Assembly (NCBI GenBank): GCA_040954595.2
Contig: CM082591.2
Span: forward strand, 11,673,309-11,737,308
Direction: 5' to 3'
DNA: 64,000 nucleotides
From: Balanoglossus misakiensis
Taxonomy: Eukaryota; Animalia; Hemichordata
Under the pieces are notes generated by a model. It did no database searches and had not been told where the DNA came from. It saw only the letters and a program-made list of their open reading frames with translations. Each line of letters begins with the position of its first letter. Position 1 is the first letter of the stretch. This document shows positions 50,643 to 63,996 of this stretch, one piece after another. The position numbers and the translations under genes are program-made.

Positions 50643-52315
50643 ATAATAATAATAATTATTTATTTATAAAGCGTCAGTATCCACAAACAAATGTGATCAA
50701 TGACGCTAAAAGCAAAAAAAAAAACAAAACACTACAACAAATGGCTAAAAAGTAAAGTTTTAACATTTGATTTGAAAACAGATAAGTTTGGTGCCTGGCG
50801 AATGTTGAGTGGAAGATTATTCCAAAGAATTGGAGCAGCAACAGTAAAAGCACGATCACCATAACTCTTGGTGCATGATCGAACAGGGCAGAGTTTGAAC
50901 TGATCGGCTGACCTTAAATTACGATACGGAACATATGGTTTGGTCATGTTAGAAAGATAGATTGGACCAAGTTTATGAATTGATTTAAAAATGAGAACTA
51001 ACATCTTAAAAACAATACGCTCTGTAACAGGTAGCCAGTTACAACTGATACAAAATTGGAGTGATGTGACGGTTGATTTTTGAACGAGTAACAATTCTAT
51101 GGTTGGTTGAATACTTCGGGAGCCCAAATAAAAGTGAATTACATGAATCAATTCGAGAAGTAATGCATGCATGAACTAATTGCTCTGTAGCAGATTGAGA
51201 TAAATATTTGCAGATAAGCGCAATGCGACGTAAATGAAAAGTGGCAGAGCAGCAGATCTGTCCAATATGTTGCTTCATTGTCAGACAAGAGTCAAGGATC
51301 ACTCCAAGGCTCTTAGCCTGACAATGAACGGGAATCAGAGCATCGCCAACACAAATTTCTGAAATCCCTCTAACAGACAGATCACCCGAAGTACCAGAGA
51401 AAATAACAAATTCAGTCTTATCAACGTTTAAGCACAAGAAGTTTTCAGACATCCAAAACCTTACATCGGATATACAAAGTTCAAGATTCGAAAGAGTTCT
51501 TGCTGCGTTGTCTTTACTTAAAGACATATAAAGTGAAGAGTCATGCATAAAAACTATAAAGACAACCATGACTTTGAACTAATTCACCTAATGGAGACGT
51601 GTACATATTGAAAAGTATGGGACCAAGAACTGATCCCTGTGGTACCCCAGTGTCGAGCGGATAGAAAGGTGATTGGGTGGAATTTACAAGTACACACTGA
51701 CTACGATTGGAAAGGTATGACTTAAACCACATGAGAACAGTATCTGAGCGACCAAAGCGGTCTCTTAAGCGATTTAGTAAAATGGTATGGTTCACAGTGT
51801 CAAATGCTGCGGAAAGATCGAGTAATACCAAGAAAACATCTCTTTTTTCATCAAGAGCAAGCAAAATGTCATTTGTTACTTTGAGGAGAGCAGTCTCAGT
51901 ACTGTGTCCTGGCTTATAAGCAGATTGCAAAGGCTCATCCAATGAATGGTTAACAAAGTCAGTCTCTTGGCAACAATACGTTCCAAGATCTTCGACAAAA
52001 ACGGCAGGTTGGATACAGGACGGAAATTTTTGAGAACTTCATGATCAAGAGATGGCTTTTTAAGTAGAGGTTTAACGACGGCTTCCTTGAAATGAGCAGG
52101 TACAACACCATACAGTTATTGAAGATTTCAGTGATATGTGGTAACAAAACTTGTAAGATGTCAGGGTGTTTGAAGATCTTGGTAGGAATCGGATCAAGGC
52201 AACAAGTAGATGAAGGCGATGCACAAATAGCCTTGTCAATTTCATCAGCAGTTGTAGGCTCAAAGACACAATCAGGGTTAAAATGTTGGTGGAAGGACTG
52301 TATTAATTTGTACAT
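50643..52315 (-). mobile_element. Frameshifted L2/Crack-type LINE (RT pseudogene)
   Basis: Fragments [50 protein letters not shown] and YGDRAF across several frames; (tta)n tail at 50643-50665. Confidence 0.9.
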
Positions 52316-52961
52316 GTGCTTAACTAAATTTTAGCACAGTATGTGAAATATATCATTGCATATGCTTATTTAAGGATGTACGCGCAGAACATAAACTGGA
52401 AACACTGCGCGCCCGGTCTTTTTCCCATAGGATTACATTGATAATTGCCAGAAAACAAACTTCTACTATTGTCATTTTCACAGAATTTTACACATAGCTC
52501 AGTCCAGCAAATATAAATTCATTGGTCAAATAAAATATAGGGGTCACCGCACTCTATTTTGAGATAAATTGCGTAAGTTTGGAGGGTCATTACGTAAGAA
52601 CTTACAGCACCCCCAGTTCTATCCCACAAAACACATTGTTTCCAAGATGGCGGTAAAGACAAACCTGGCCTATACACCGACATGGCCAGACAATGCGGAC
52701 GTACCTGTCGGTCTATACACCGACGCGGTGTATAATGCAGGTCCTGGCAATTCTCTATCAGTGTGTGGAGGAACTGTACCACACAATCATAACAGAATGA
52801 GCGAAAATATCCATGATGCAGTGCAGTTCAGCCCTCAAAAACAGACAAGCACTGTTCTGTTTCAACACACCTGATACCTGTTGTGTATCACTAGAGGGCG
52901 CTATCCATAGCACACTGTTCCTGCTTGAGTGGAGGTTTTGCAACCAGGTTTGGCACCACTA

Positions 52962-54175
52962 CAATCTGATTAAAATCAGATGTAGGGAACGGCGACGTGG
53001 TTTTTTTATGCTGTCGCCTCACACTACATCTGACCAACTCTCAATGGAGATCCCGCTGAACTCTCGCGTTCTGACCCGGCCAATCAGATTACGTGTTATG
53101 CCGACTAAAGAATTGCACTGGGAGATGGGAGAAATGTTGTTGTTGACTTCGAGTATCGCACAGAATACGAAAGATTGGCTTTCTCTTGTGAACAATTACA
53201 TGTAATCCCATGGTATCTTTCTTTGTTTGGCGTCATCGTATGCGAGTGGTTTTCGCAGAGCAGTGGAAACGTCGAGCTGTAGCCATATACAAATGATGAA
53301 CTGTCGTTGATCATTTATAAACTCTCCTAACAAGTCATGTTCGCCCTCGTAGTCATGCTGCCAGTCGGGAAAATGACGTACTTCATGAAAAGTTTATAAA
53401 AAAATAAACCAAATTTCACTGCCATGTATCCCAAAACAATTTATGTGACAGATTTTTAAAAAGAACGCTAACTTCGGCTAAGGAATGTCAAGTCATAGCT
53501 CCGCGTTCAATTCTGTGTGTTCCCGACGCACCACAGCCCTGCATAAGGCCCCATAGACAAACTGGTGCGTCTGCGGTCCGGACCCGGACGCCCGACCGCA
53601 GCTTTTTCTGTCGAAATTCGATTTTATCGAAGCAAAATCCTTTCCCTGTCTACTTCAACCGACCCCAAATATGATGCGATTAACTTCTTCTAACGTCCGT
53701 GTAACACCGGGAACACACAGACCTGCACGCAGAGCTAGTCAAGTCAGTGCACTCTCGTGTATACAAACGATCGTGGCGACAGAATCTCTCCCTGGGACGG
53801 CCTTACACAAATGTAATCGATTCTCTAACAATTTTACTGCGACCTGTTGCCACGTCTTATACATTTCGTTGACCGGTGGAATATAGAGGTTCAGCCGTCA
53901 CGCTGAACTGGCTCGAAACCATTCCCCACGCTGATTCGACTCTCGCTCCCGGGATATATGTCTGTGGTAGCTCCATGGTAACAACCGCAAGGGGCCAGGT
54001 CATGTGATTGTGGGTTGCCTATCATTTGCTATAAGGCGCCTTCTGATTGGATTAGATTCCCAGTAATTCTCGTAGAGTTCAGCGAGATCTCCATTGAGAG
54101 TTGGTCAGATGTAGTGTGAGGCGACAGCATAAAAAACCACGTCGCCGTTCCCTACATCTGATTTTAATCAGATTG
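52962..54175. mobile_element. 1214-bp element with ~100-bp TIRs and a 10-bp TSD
   Basis: caatctgattaaaatcagatgtagggaacgg... inverted at 54075-54175; ggcaccacta duplicated at 52952-52961 and 54176-54185. Confidence 0.88.
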
Positions 54176-54790
54176 GGCACCACTACCGCTTCCATATGTA
54201 TGTGCATATGTCATATTATGTACTTGACCAAATTTACCGAGAAATCTTATTAGACAATTTGCACTTTCAGAAAATTACAAGTGAACAGGCTAAGAAGTGG
54301 GCTTTAGAAGAACTAATTAATATTTTCACCTATGAAGTGTCGGGTAATTTGCAGTTTGCTGTCATCACTATTTAGGCTTCTGGGTCAATTGAAATTGATT
54401 CTCTAACAATTTTTCTGCGAATTGTTGCCATGTATTATGCTACGTTTCGTTGGCCGGTGGAATAGAGGTTCAGTCGTCACACTGAACTGGCTCCAAATAA
54501 TTCCCCACGCTGATTTGACTTGGGACGTACCGGACCTGCACCTAGGCTATGTACCAGGACCCCGGACCGTGACAGCCACAGGCGTCCATGATCGTTGCGT
54601 CGACTGTCTTCTTTCCGAATTCCACCTTTCTCTTTTGAGCGTGCAAAGTGACATCGTCATGGAACCGTCATTGTCTTATTTCATTCCTGTATTGTAAATG
54701 CGGGTACGCATACTTTTTCTGTTTGACAACAAAGCTACGGCGAATTGGTGGAAATAGTTCTGGTTGATGGCGTAGAACAGGGGTGATATG

Positions 54791-55690
54791 GATTTTTAGC
54801 TCTGCTGTCACTTGTGTCAGCCGAGCTGTAGCAGTAGGTTGATAAGTGTCCGTCCGTCGTCAGTCAACTTTTGGTATTTCAATCTTCTTCTTTAAAACAA
54901 CTTGGCATATTTAGCTGAAATTTTGTTGGAATATGTGTTATGGTGCCCTTAACTGATTTTGTTAATTTGGATTTGATGGGTACATGAATATGCAAATTAG
55001 ATCTAAAAATATAAGTTTTGGTACAAATCTTCTTCTCCACAACTACATGTACAATGGAGCTGAAATTTGGTAGGAATGTGTGTTATAGTGCCCCTACCTG
55101 ATTTTGTTAATTTGGATTTGATGGGGTCAAGAATATGCAAATTAGATCTAAAAATAGATTTTTTGGTAAAAAATCTTCTTCTTCCTAACTACATGTACGA
55201 TGGAGCTGAAATTTGGTAGGAATGTGTGTTATGGTGTCCCTACCTGATTTTGTTAATTTGGATTTGATCGGGTCATGAATATGCAAATTAGATCTAAAAA
55301 TAGAATGTTTGGTAAAAAATCTTCTTCTCCCTAATTACATGTACGATGGAGCTGAAATTTGGTAGGAATGTGTGTTATGGTGCCCCTACCTGATTTTGTT
55401 AATTGGAATTTTGATGGGGTCATGAATATGCAAATTAGAACCTTGGTGCTTCCTTTTGATGTTGTTCTTTAGGATTCAATTCTTTCTTTCTTTAGCACTA
55501 TGAATCAAGCTGAATTTGGATAAATACTTGTGATGTCTATGTTTGGTTTTGTTCAATAGAATACAATTGTTATAAATTAAAACCTAGGGCATTCATATCA
55601 TTGCCCAGGTTACACTGTTAAAGTCAGCAGAGCACTTGTTTTATCTGTCCTGTTGTACATCACACAGGTGGTGACATGGGCCAGTTCATG
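54791..55690 (+). mobile_element. HINE-like family C copy with a ~146-bp tandem array (4 units, ~54880-55440)
   Basis: tttttagctc...gagct hairpin start and gtccgtccgtcgtc microsatellite; agctgaaattt...ggaatgtgtgttatggtg recurs at ~54912, 55058, 55204 and 55350. Confidence 0.72.
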
Positions 55691-55719
55691 TGATACTGAT
55701 GGGTAATGAGGTCAGAATG

Positions 55720-58408
55720 TAATTAAAGCTGCAAGCAACGTTTGCGGGGCACAAGCGGTTCCCATGGTAACCAACAAATGCCAAGGCTGTATCTGCTGTG
55801 GATACCAAGATATGGGAAAGTAGGTCAAAGGTCACCTGAGGTCACCCCAATTTTGGGCAAAAACATTGAACCCCATACTAGTCTAGGTCCAACAAAAACC
55901 AGACCCCTAGCCCTATTGGTTCGTCTAGAATTAGGTATGTGCATAATTAATGAGGTCTTGTGTAAGACTCCATATGTGCTCCATCAGCCCCCCAAAAGCC
56001 AGGACTCTAACTGCTGTGGATGCTGAGATATGGGAAAGTTGATCAAAGGTCATCCAAGGTCACCAAAAATTTGGGCATAAACTTTTGACCCCAGAGTGGG
56101 CCATGTCCAACTAAAACCAGACCTCTAGCCCTATTGGTTAGCCTGGAATTAGATATGCAGAAAAATGATGTTTCAGATATAGGTCAAGGGTCATTGCCAA
56201 AATTACCAAAATATTTGTGGCATGTCCTGGCAGCATTGGTACCCATGTCCACAAAATTCATGACTGTGGTGCTTTTACAAGAGGAGGTATGGAGAATATG
56301 CATATATAATTAGTTGTTTTAAAACTGGGCCAAAGGTCATGTGAAAATTGCCCCGAAAAATTGTGACAACTTCCGGTCATATGATGACTCATATCCAAAA
56401 AAGGATTTCTGTGCTGTCAACATTTTGGCTACAAAACAGAATTTTCATTTTTCAATGGTTTTCCGAAAATCCAACATGGCCGCCATAATGATTGACCAAT
56501 CACAGTGCGCTTCGCAAACTTGATAGACATAGGTTAGGTGACCACATACCCCGAATCCCGTGACTTGGCAATCGCTGGTTCTGGAGAAGAAGATTTTTAA
56601 AGTTTTAAGTAGTTTTTCAGAAAAACAATTGTAGCAAAAAAACTTAAGGTGTGACGTCATGCACACCAAATTTGAACTCGATCGGCCCAGTAGTTTTTGA
56701 GAAGGACTCGTTTAACGATTTTCAGGAAATCCAATATGGCGGCCAGGTCACGTGACTAATTAAATATTCACGAGCCACTGCACGTCTATTCATTGGCCCC
56801 TATCACCCTATCAAGTTTCAGCCCCGTAGGTGCTGCGGTTTTCCAGATCTACCTGGCCGATTTTTTGGAGAAGAAGAATAATAATAAAGAAGATAAAAGC
56901 TGCAAGCAGCATTGTCGGGCCCAAGCGCTGATCCGATATTATATATGCATAGTATGAATGAGAAGAAACAGAATGCTCTATCGGGTGTTTTATCTCATGA
57001 CATAACAAGGACATATGTATTTTTGCTGCTGAAATAGAGTAAAGTAGATCAAAGGTCACCTGAGGTCACCCACATTTCGGGATTTTTTTTTTTTTGACAC
57101 GTACTGGTCCATGTCCAACAAAAACCAAAACTCTAGCTCTATTGGTTCGCCTGTAATTAGGTATGTGCATATTTAATGAGGTCAACAGGTGTCACAGGTG
57201 ACCCAAAAATGTGGCTTTACAATTTGGTCCCATCCTGCCAAATGCCAAGGCTGTATCTGCTCTGGATGCTGAGATATGTGAAAGTTGGTCAAAGGTCACC
57301 TGAGGTCACCCAACATTTGGGCAAAAATTTTGATCCCATACTGGTCCATGTCCAACAAAAACTAAACCTCTAGCTCTATTGGTTTGCCTGTAATTAGCTA
57401 TGTGCATAATTAATGAGGTCAGCAGAGGTCACAGCAGTTATGAAAAGTAGCAAAGTATTTTGATCACACACTAATCCACATGCATCCAAAACCAAACGTC
57501 TAGCCCTATAGGTTAGCCTGGAAATAGATGTGCAGAAATGATAATGTGTGAAAAGTAGGTCAAAGGTCATGTGAAAAATCGCCTAAAATTTGTAGCATAT
57601 TGTAGTCATATGACGATTGATATCCATAAAAAGAATTTGTATGCTATCAATTTTTAGACTGGGAAAAGGAATTTCAATTTTTCACTGCTTTTTACAAAAT
57701 CCAATATGGCCGCCATAATCTTCGACCAATCAAAATGCTCTTTGCAAACTTGATAGACATCAGTGTAGTGACCATACTCCCCGAATCTTGCGACTCATTT
57801 ATCGCCCGTTCTGGAGACGAAGATGTTTGGAGTTTTACTATGGTTTTTCGAAAATCCAATATGGCCGCCATAATCTTCGACCAATCACAATGATCTTCGC
57901 AAACTTGATAGTAATCAGTTAGGTGACCACATACCCCAAACCCCGTGTCTCGGTTATCACCTGTTCTGGAGAAGAAGATTTTTTTAAATTTAAGCCAGAT
58001 TTCAGAAAAAAAATTGTAGCAAAAAAACTGCAACTTTGTCAGCATAATTTCCAATGACAGAAATGATGGGCAGAAGGTAGTCTACCAGCATGCCAAATTT
58101 GAAGTCGATCTGACTTGTAGTTTCTGAGATCTGAGATTTGCATTTTTTCAGAAAATCCAAGATGGCCGCCAGGTCACGTGACTAATTAAAAATTCAAGGG
58201 TTCAATGCTACTCATTGACCTTGACCACTGTAGCAAGTTTCAGAAGTGTACCTGCAGCGGTGTCTGAGATCTAGAGCGACAAAGAATTGACACAAGAATA
58301 AAGAAAGAAGAAAGAAAGAAGGAAAGACAGAAAAACCCCAACGAAACCAATAGGGCCCAATAGGGCATGCGCGCGCTTGGGCCCTAAAAAATTCCAACAA
58401 TACCAATA
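55720..58408 (-). mobile_element. Two nested HINE-like family A copies (inner copy ~56893-58388)
   Basis: Two aaagctgcaagca ends (55720, 56895). The inner copy ends gcttgggccctaa at 58387, followed by aattccaacaatacc, which continues the outer copy. Confidence 0.72.
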
Positions 58409-58589
58409 CCTATCTTCAGTTGCTGCCATGCCCAGTCTACACTACAGTTGGCTGCTTCGTTCATTCTAAGAATGATCTAATTTGTTGTGGATGAATTGTA
58501 ATGTTTATAAACGAACACGGCGCGACGACCCCTTCACTTTAATATTGAAATTGACCTATTTGCTCCTTATAAAAGTGTAGTCATCTTAA

Positions 58590-58674
58590 CCCTTTCACCC
58601 CCAATTCCCTCTATAGAGATCCAACTTTACTATTGAAAACAATAGATTTGGGCCAAACTATGGTGGTGAAAGGG
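58590..58674. mobile_element. Tiny piggyBac-type MITE (85 bp)
   Basis: TTAA|ccctttcacc ... ggtgaaaggg|ttca (right TSD mutated). Confidence 0.65.
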
Positions 58675-59194
58675 TTCATTTAAACAATTTCAGTTATAGT
58701 AGAGTTTTGTGTGTTCTTAGTTTTCTGATGACAACATGGTAGCACATTTTCTCCTCTTGGACTGTGAGTGAGTGATGGCCTTTTCCATGTAATTGGTTAG
58801 ATTACAAGTGGTTGACCTTGTGTGTTACCAAAGTAACTGTTTGCCAATCCCAGAGCCCAGCATTTAATTGTTTTTCAAGCTTGGGGTTGCTGTTTATTAG
58901 AATCCAACCCAACAGGTATTCACAAATGATGGCATCAAATTGCACTGTCCTTGAAGAATACATGTAGATGAGGTTGACACGCCGTAATTTCAAAGTAAAT
59001 TTATTCTTTACCTCCACCTTTGGAAGAATAATAAACTACTGAAAAATCAGGATGTGTGTTTGCCAGAAGCTTACTTCAATTTGAAACTTTCAATGAAAGT
59101 TGGGGGTAGCCTCTTCAAGAGTCTCAGTGTTGGTGGTGTATGGAGTCTAACAGACAACACAGCGATTAAGCATTTGATATATTTTCATCACTAG

Positions 59195-59365
59195 GCTGGT
59201 AAAGAAGGACAGTGGCCAGGTACCTTAGCAGTTGTACATTCCTATATTGCTCATAAAACAACACGTGAAGAAGAGAAGAAAAAATTAGTCAAGAGACAGA
59301 CGGAACTGCAGAGTGAACGAACTCAGCTTGAAACCAAAGCACAGCAACTCAAAGAAAAAATTATG
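59195..59365 (+). CDS. PHF21A: PHF21 coding exon 11 ([15 protein letters not shown] plus coiled coil)
   Basis: Diagnostic WPGTLA.VHSYI motif; catcactag / gtaagt boundaries, 171 nt. Confidence 0.96.
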
Positions 59366-59876
59366 GTAAGTATTTGATGTTTTAAACCTTTGTAGCTCCA
59401 GTAACTCCTTTTTTTCTCTGTATTTTTGTACTTGGTGTCATCTGTGGTTTGTTGTTTTATTATACGACAGAGATCGTTTTCAGTCACTCACTTCAAATAG
59501 GCTGTGCATATTTGCACAATTTTTGTTCCTACATATCATGTAAAAAATTGCCACGCTGGGCGCATTTCTCCCTGATTCAAAATTTATTGAATTGATGAAG
59601 CCCCAGAATGCAACTACCTCCACTAGTTTTGTCTGTGATAATTATGCAAGGTCTGAATAACTCAAAGCCAGAACATATGTAAAAATCAACCATGCAGAAC
59701 TGTACCTTTTAATGTCAAACACAATTACCCTTATTCCTGGGAGTGTTTGATGAATGTATCATAACCTTAGCCTCAAACAAGTCCTTTGACTGTTGTAAAT
59801 TCCCTACATCCAAACAGCAAATATTACTCTGACTGTAAAGGTAAATTAATTTGTATGATCCTTTCTTGTTTTGCAG

Positions 59877-59984
59877 CATGAAATGAAATTAAAAGCAGAA
59901 CTTCTTGAGAACAACAAGAAAACACAGACAGCAATCGACAAACTGAAAAATTTCCTGAAACTATTCCAAGTGACACCATCATAG
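59877..59984 (+). CDS. PHF21A: PHF21 terminal coding exon (HEMKLKAELLENNKKTQTAIDKLKNFLKLFQVTPS*)
   Basis: Strong acceptor ttcttgttttgcag, coiled-coil-like continuation, TAG at 59982-59984. Confidence 0.82.
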   Translation, partial: HEMKLKAELLENNKKTQTAIDKLKNFLKLFQVTPS

Positions 59985-60586
59985 TATCACACCGTTGTTC
60001 TAACATGAACTTTGACCTCTGCCAGCCCTCACCAAATGAAAAATCATCACATTGTCTTTGCACCTTTTTTTCTACGAAATGGAAAGTGTTGCATGGCCAT
60101 TACAGTTTGTAAGTTGACAAGTCAACTTTTAATTGATAACAGAATTTAGTGAAATAGATTGTTGGAATTTGGAGCTGAAATCCACATTGTGATTCACAAT
60201 CAATCTTGGAAAATTCTATTGATTATTTTTGATATGGAAAACATTGAGTGCCTGTATTCCAGAGATACATTCAAGTCTGATTTGAGCAGAGTTTTGTACA
60301 ATGGGGTTATCAATTAAGCGCAGGACAATTGAATATATTTAGTGCCAAAGGGTTGTGATGCATTTATAAAACACACAAATATTGTCATAAACATAATAAT
60401 GATAATTTAACACAGCTGTCCCACTGCAAGTTGAGTATCAACTTGTAATTATGAGCACTTTTTATACTCATCAATGGTATACAGATAACAGACTTGCAGC
60501 AAGAAGTGGTCGTTTGCAACTTTTGTTGACTGAAAACACACTTTCATGTATGCAACATGAAGCCAGACCTATTGGTATGTCTGGTA

Positions 60587-61650
60587 TTAGGTCAAATTTG
60601 TATACATGTAGGTATATACCAGTGGGACCTGATGGGATCGGTTGCGTCTGTATGGATGGATGGATATATGTCTGTATGTCCGTTCACACCAAAAACTTCA
60701 AAACCCTTGCGCGTATAACCTCGATATTTGCATGCTGGGCTGTAGATGGGAGTTTGTTCAAACAAAGTTGTCATTGCCAAAAATATGCAAATTAGCTGGG
60801 AAAAACCTAAATTTGGTCAAAACTCAGAAGCTCAACATGCCCTGGTCATATTGATTTGAAAATTGGTATGCATGTACCTTATATGAACCTCACACAGTTC
60901 TGTATGTTTTGAGCCAATAGTGTGAATTTTCTATTTTTAATGCATTTTTTGTCTTTTTCCACATTTTTGGTAAAAAAATCTACTTTTCTGGAATTGATCA
61001 GCCGACTTCTTTGAAATTTAGTATGGAGCTTCATATAGGTGATCTGAGTTGCCAAAGTTTTGTTTAAATTGCTGCAAAATTTGCATATTTATAATTTTGC
61101 TTTAAAATCTGATTTGAAAGTTTCTGGGTTAGTTGTCATGATGATTTACAAAACCTATGATGAAAGTGTCAATGTTTTGTGAGGGCAATATCTTGTATTT
61201 TGGGGGCATATTTTCGAATTTTGATAAAAATATTGTATTTCTCTGAAAGCGTATGTCTGATTACTTAACATTTGAGTTGTAAGTTAATGGGATTGGCTTT
61301 TTAGAATTGTGATGGAATCAAATCATAGGTAATTCGGAACTTTTATATTTTGTAGGATATTTTGTCTTATACCACAAAAAATTTAGTACGTTCTTTGTAA
61401 TAAAAGAGGCACCCTACTGATTTTTGTAAACACAGCAAATTCCTGCATGATTACATAACTGACCAACTTTTAAAGAGACCAGGTGTTCTATGTATGTAGT
61501 ACACATGCCATTGGCAGCTTATGGGTCGGTCAGTATTTGCCCGTTGATCTCTCTATGTGTGTGTTCGTCTGTCTGTATATGTACTCCAGTGGAGACTTTT
61601 TTCTTGTGTGATCCCTTAATGGGACCACGGTGTCCTTGATGCGATTTTTT
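60587..61650 (+). mobile_element. HINE-like family B copy downstream of the PHF21 stop codon
   Basis: tgggacc plus microsatellite start; 3' end tgggaccacggtgtccttgatgcgattttt. Confidence 0.75.
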
Positions 61651-63537
61651 ATACAAGAATTTGGCCCCAGCTGCAAGAGTTTTACAATCCTTTATTCAAA
61701 GGAAAACAGGTTGCATATATCTGTAGCTGTTGTTGAATTTACCTCGTCTAATTCGTTTTAATGTTGGCTAATGTAATTCTTCAAAAATACAAACTTTTGT
61801 TGAGCTAGAAAAGTGTATGACTGAGAACTAGAATCAGACTTGAGCAGCCTACTTGGCTATTGTTTGCTATTCAGCATGTTTTCCTCTGTGTTAATTTGTT
61901 TTTCTGACATGATGGACACAATTCTCTGCTCATCAGACACAGCCTGAGTATATCCACACAAATAGACAGCGAGTCCATTCACAATTCTCTGCATTCTACT
62001 TTGTTGCACATATCCCAGAATACAACTTACAGTGGTTAGTTGCTACTGGTAACTAAAATTTCATCATATATGACCTAAGCATCCTTTTCTGTGCAGGTGA
62101 AAGGTTTTGTTTCTCTATTCAAGGTTTGACTTTTTTATGTTTAAAAACTCTAAATTTATACTGCAAAAAAAGAAAAAAAAGAATAACAGACAACAAGAAG
62201 GATTTTTTAGATGGGTTCTGACAAGAATCGCTCAACAGAGTGCCTGGTATTTGTCACTGAAGTTCAACAATTGCACCACTATTTCTTTAGCGAAAAAAAA
62301 TTCTGTTTTCAATTTGATATATTCACTAGTGTTGAGAAAAGCAAATTTGTATATTTATAATTACAAGACTTTGTAATTGTGACCATTGTATAAATTGTTT
62401 GTATTCAGGAATTTGATGTTACATTTATCATTGCTTGGCATTATTGGTGTTTTGTCCAATTTCTGTCAATTACTACTGTTCTTATGGCTTGTTTTATTCT
62501 TGCCAATGTCTATTAAAGGACATATTGGACATTTTGAAAAGCGCCCTCTAGTGTTAGATGGATACATTTTGGTCGGACATGTTCAACAAGTTCTTTGGAT
62601 AAATTGTAGGTACTATAGTGGAGCGGCATAACAGATCGCTTGTGCATTTTGTGATAAAACCAAACTTGGCTCAGATGTGTGTTTATGTGTACTAAACAAA
62701 TCAGATAGTGAGCCACTAAATATATGTTAAAAGTTTCCATGGCAACCATTTTTTTCAAAATGGCCGACAATACAGATAATCTCACCCACCAAATAACAAC
62801 TGTAAAACACTAAAATAAATTCAGATTACAATATTTGAAACAAGAAACTGTGGAAGAGTAATTTGCAAAGTATTTATCATCACTAATCTAGTTATAGGGG
62901 TAAATGCAGGATCGAGATTCAGTCGCTAGAGAAATTCAAGTTTGGTAATGGCATGACAACTAACTTAGTAGAAGCAATATATAACCATATAGATATTATA
63001 ATAAACACATTCCGAACTAATTTCGGAATTCCACATTCCGAAAAAATTATCCGTTCTATTTGCATATACTTAAAAGAATGAGTGTACAATACTTAGAGGT
63101 TTACAAATGTGACATTAGATTTACATTTGTCATCCTTTATTTTGCGCCAGACCTTCCTAAAAATGTGTGATCAGTGTAAAATTCAGCTGAACTTTCCAGG
63201 GATCACACAAATCAGTGAAAAATTCAGCTGACTTTTCACTTAAAGACTTTGTTCATCAAAAAATTCAGCTGCATTTTTTACTGAACATGAAGCCTAAAGC
63301 GGCTTTTGGGGGATGAGAATGACCTTAGGCGTAAAGTTGAGGAGGCAGTAGGTGGGGTCACTCAATGAAATACACTCAAGTGTCTTGTATCAGTAGGGGG
63401 TATTTAATACAAAACTACAAATATCACTATGTATCTACTGGTCACATAATTCCCCCTTTGACAGGCTGCTGACTGACTAGCTAATTACCATAGGTAAATA
63501 AAGCTTGCTGGCTATGAGGGGAGAAACACATGACTAA

Positions 63538-63996
63538 TTTCACGTTCCACAGCCCAAGATTCATATTCTGATTCAGATTCGAGTCTTGTCTAATATGTTT
63601 ATGCTGCCGTAACCAGGGGTGCGTACGATTGTTTATTCTCCTCGATCCGCGCCCAAGCAATATTCTGTTCGATTATCGCGTGACGTCATTGTCGGGTATC
63701 TCTTCAAGTTCAGTTTCAACAACATTTTTCAAAGAGAGATGCACCCTATTTATTATTTTCTAACACATGAATGACCCTAGGCCTGAGATCGCAATCTCGG
63801 TATTCACAGATACTTTTAAGCGTAATTCTGATATAATTGATAGGTTTAGAGTCCAGGTATATTTTACAACCGATAACTAAAGCAAAAGGACTAATTCCTA
63901 TATTCTGAATCAAGTGAATGCAATGTAGACGGCGAAAGGCCATGACAAGACTCGAATCTGAATCAGAATATGAATCTTGGGCTGTGGTACGTGAAA
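63538..63996. mobile_element. ~460-bp MITE with ~53-bp TIRs
   Basis: tttcacgttccacagcccaagattcatattctgattcagattcgagtcttgtc is inverted (1 mismatch) at 63944-63996; TSD cannot be assessed at the window edge. Confidence 0.8.

Noticed and set aside
59985-62820. PHF21 polyadenylation site
   Set aside because: No unambiguous AATAAA near the stop codon; candidates at ~61400 and ~62815 lie in or near repeats.
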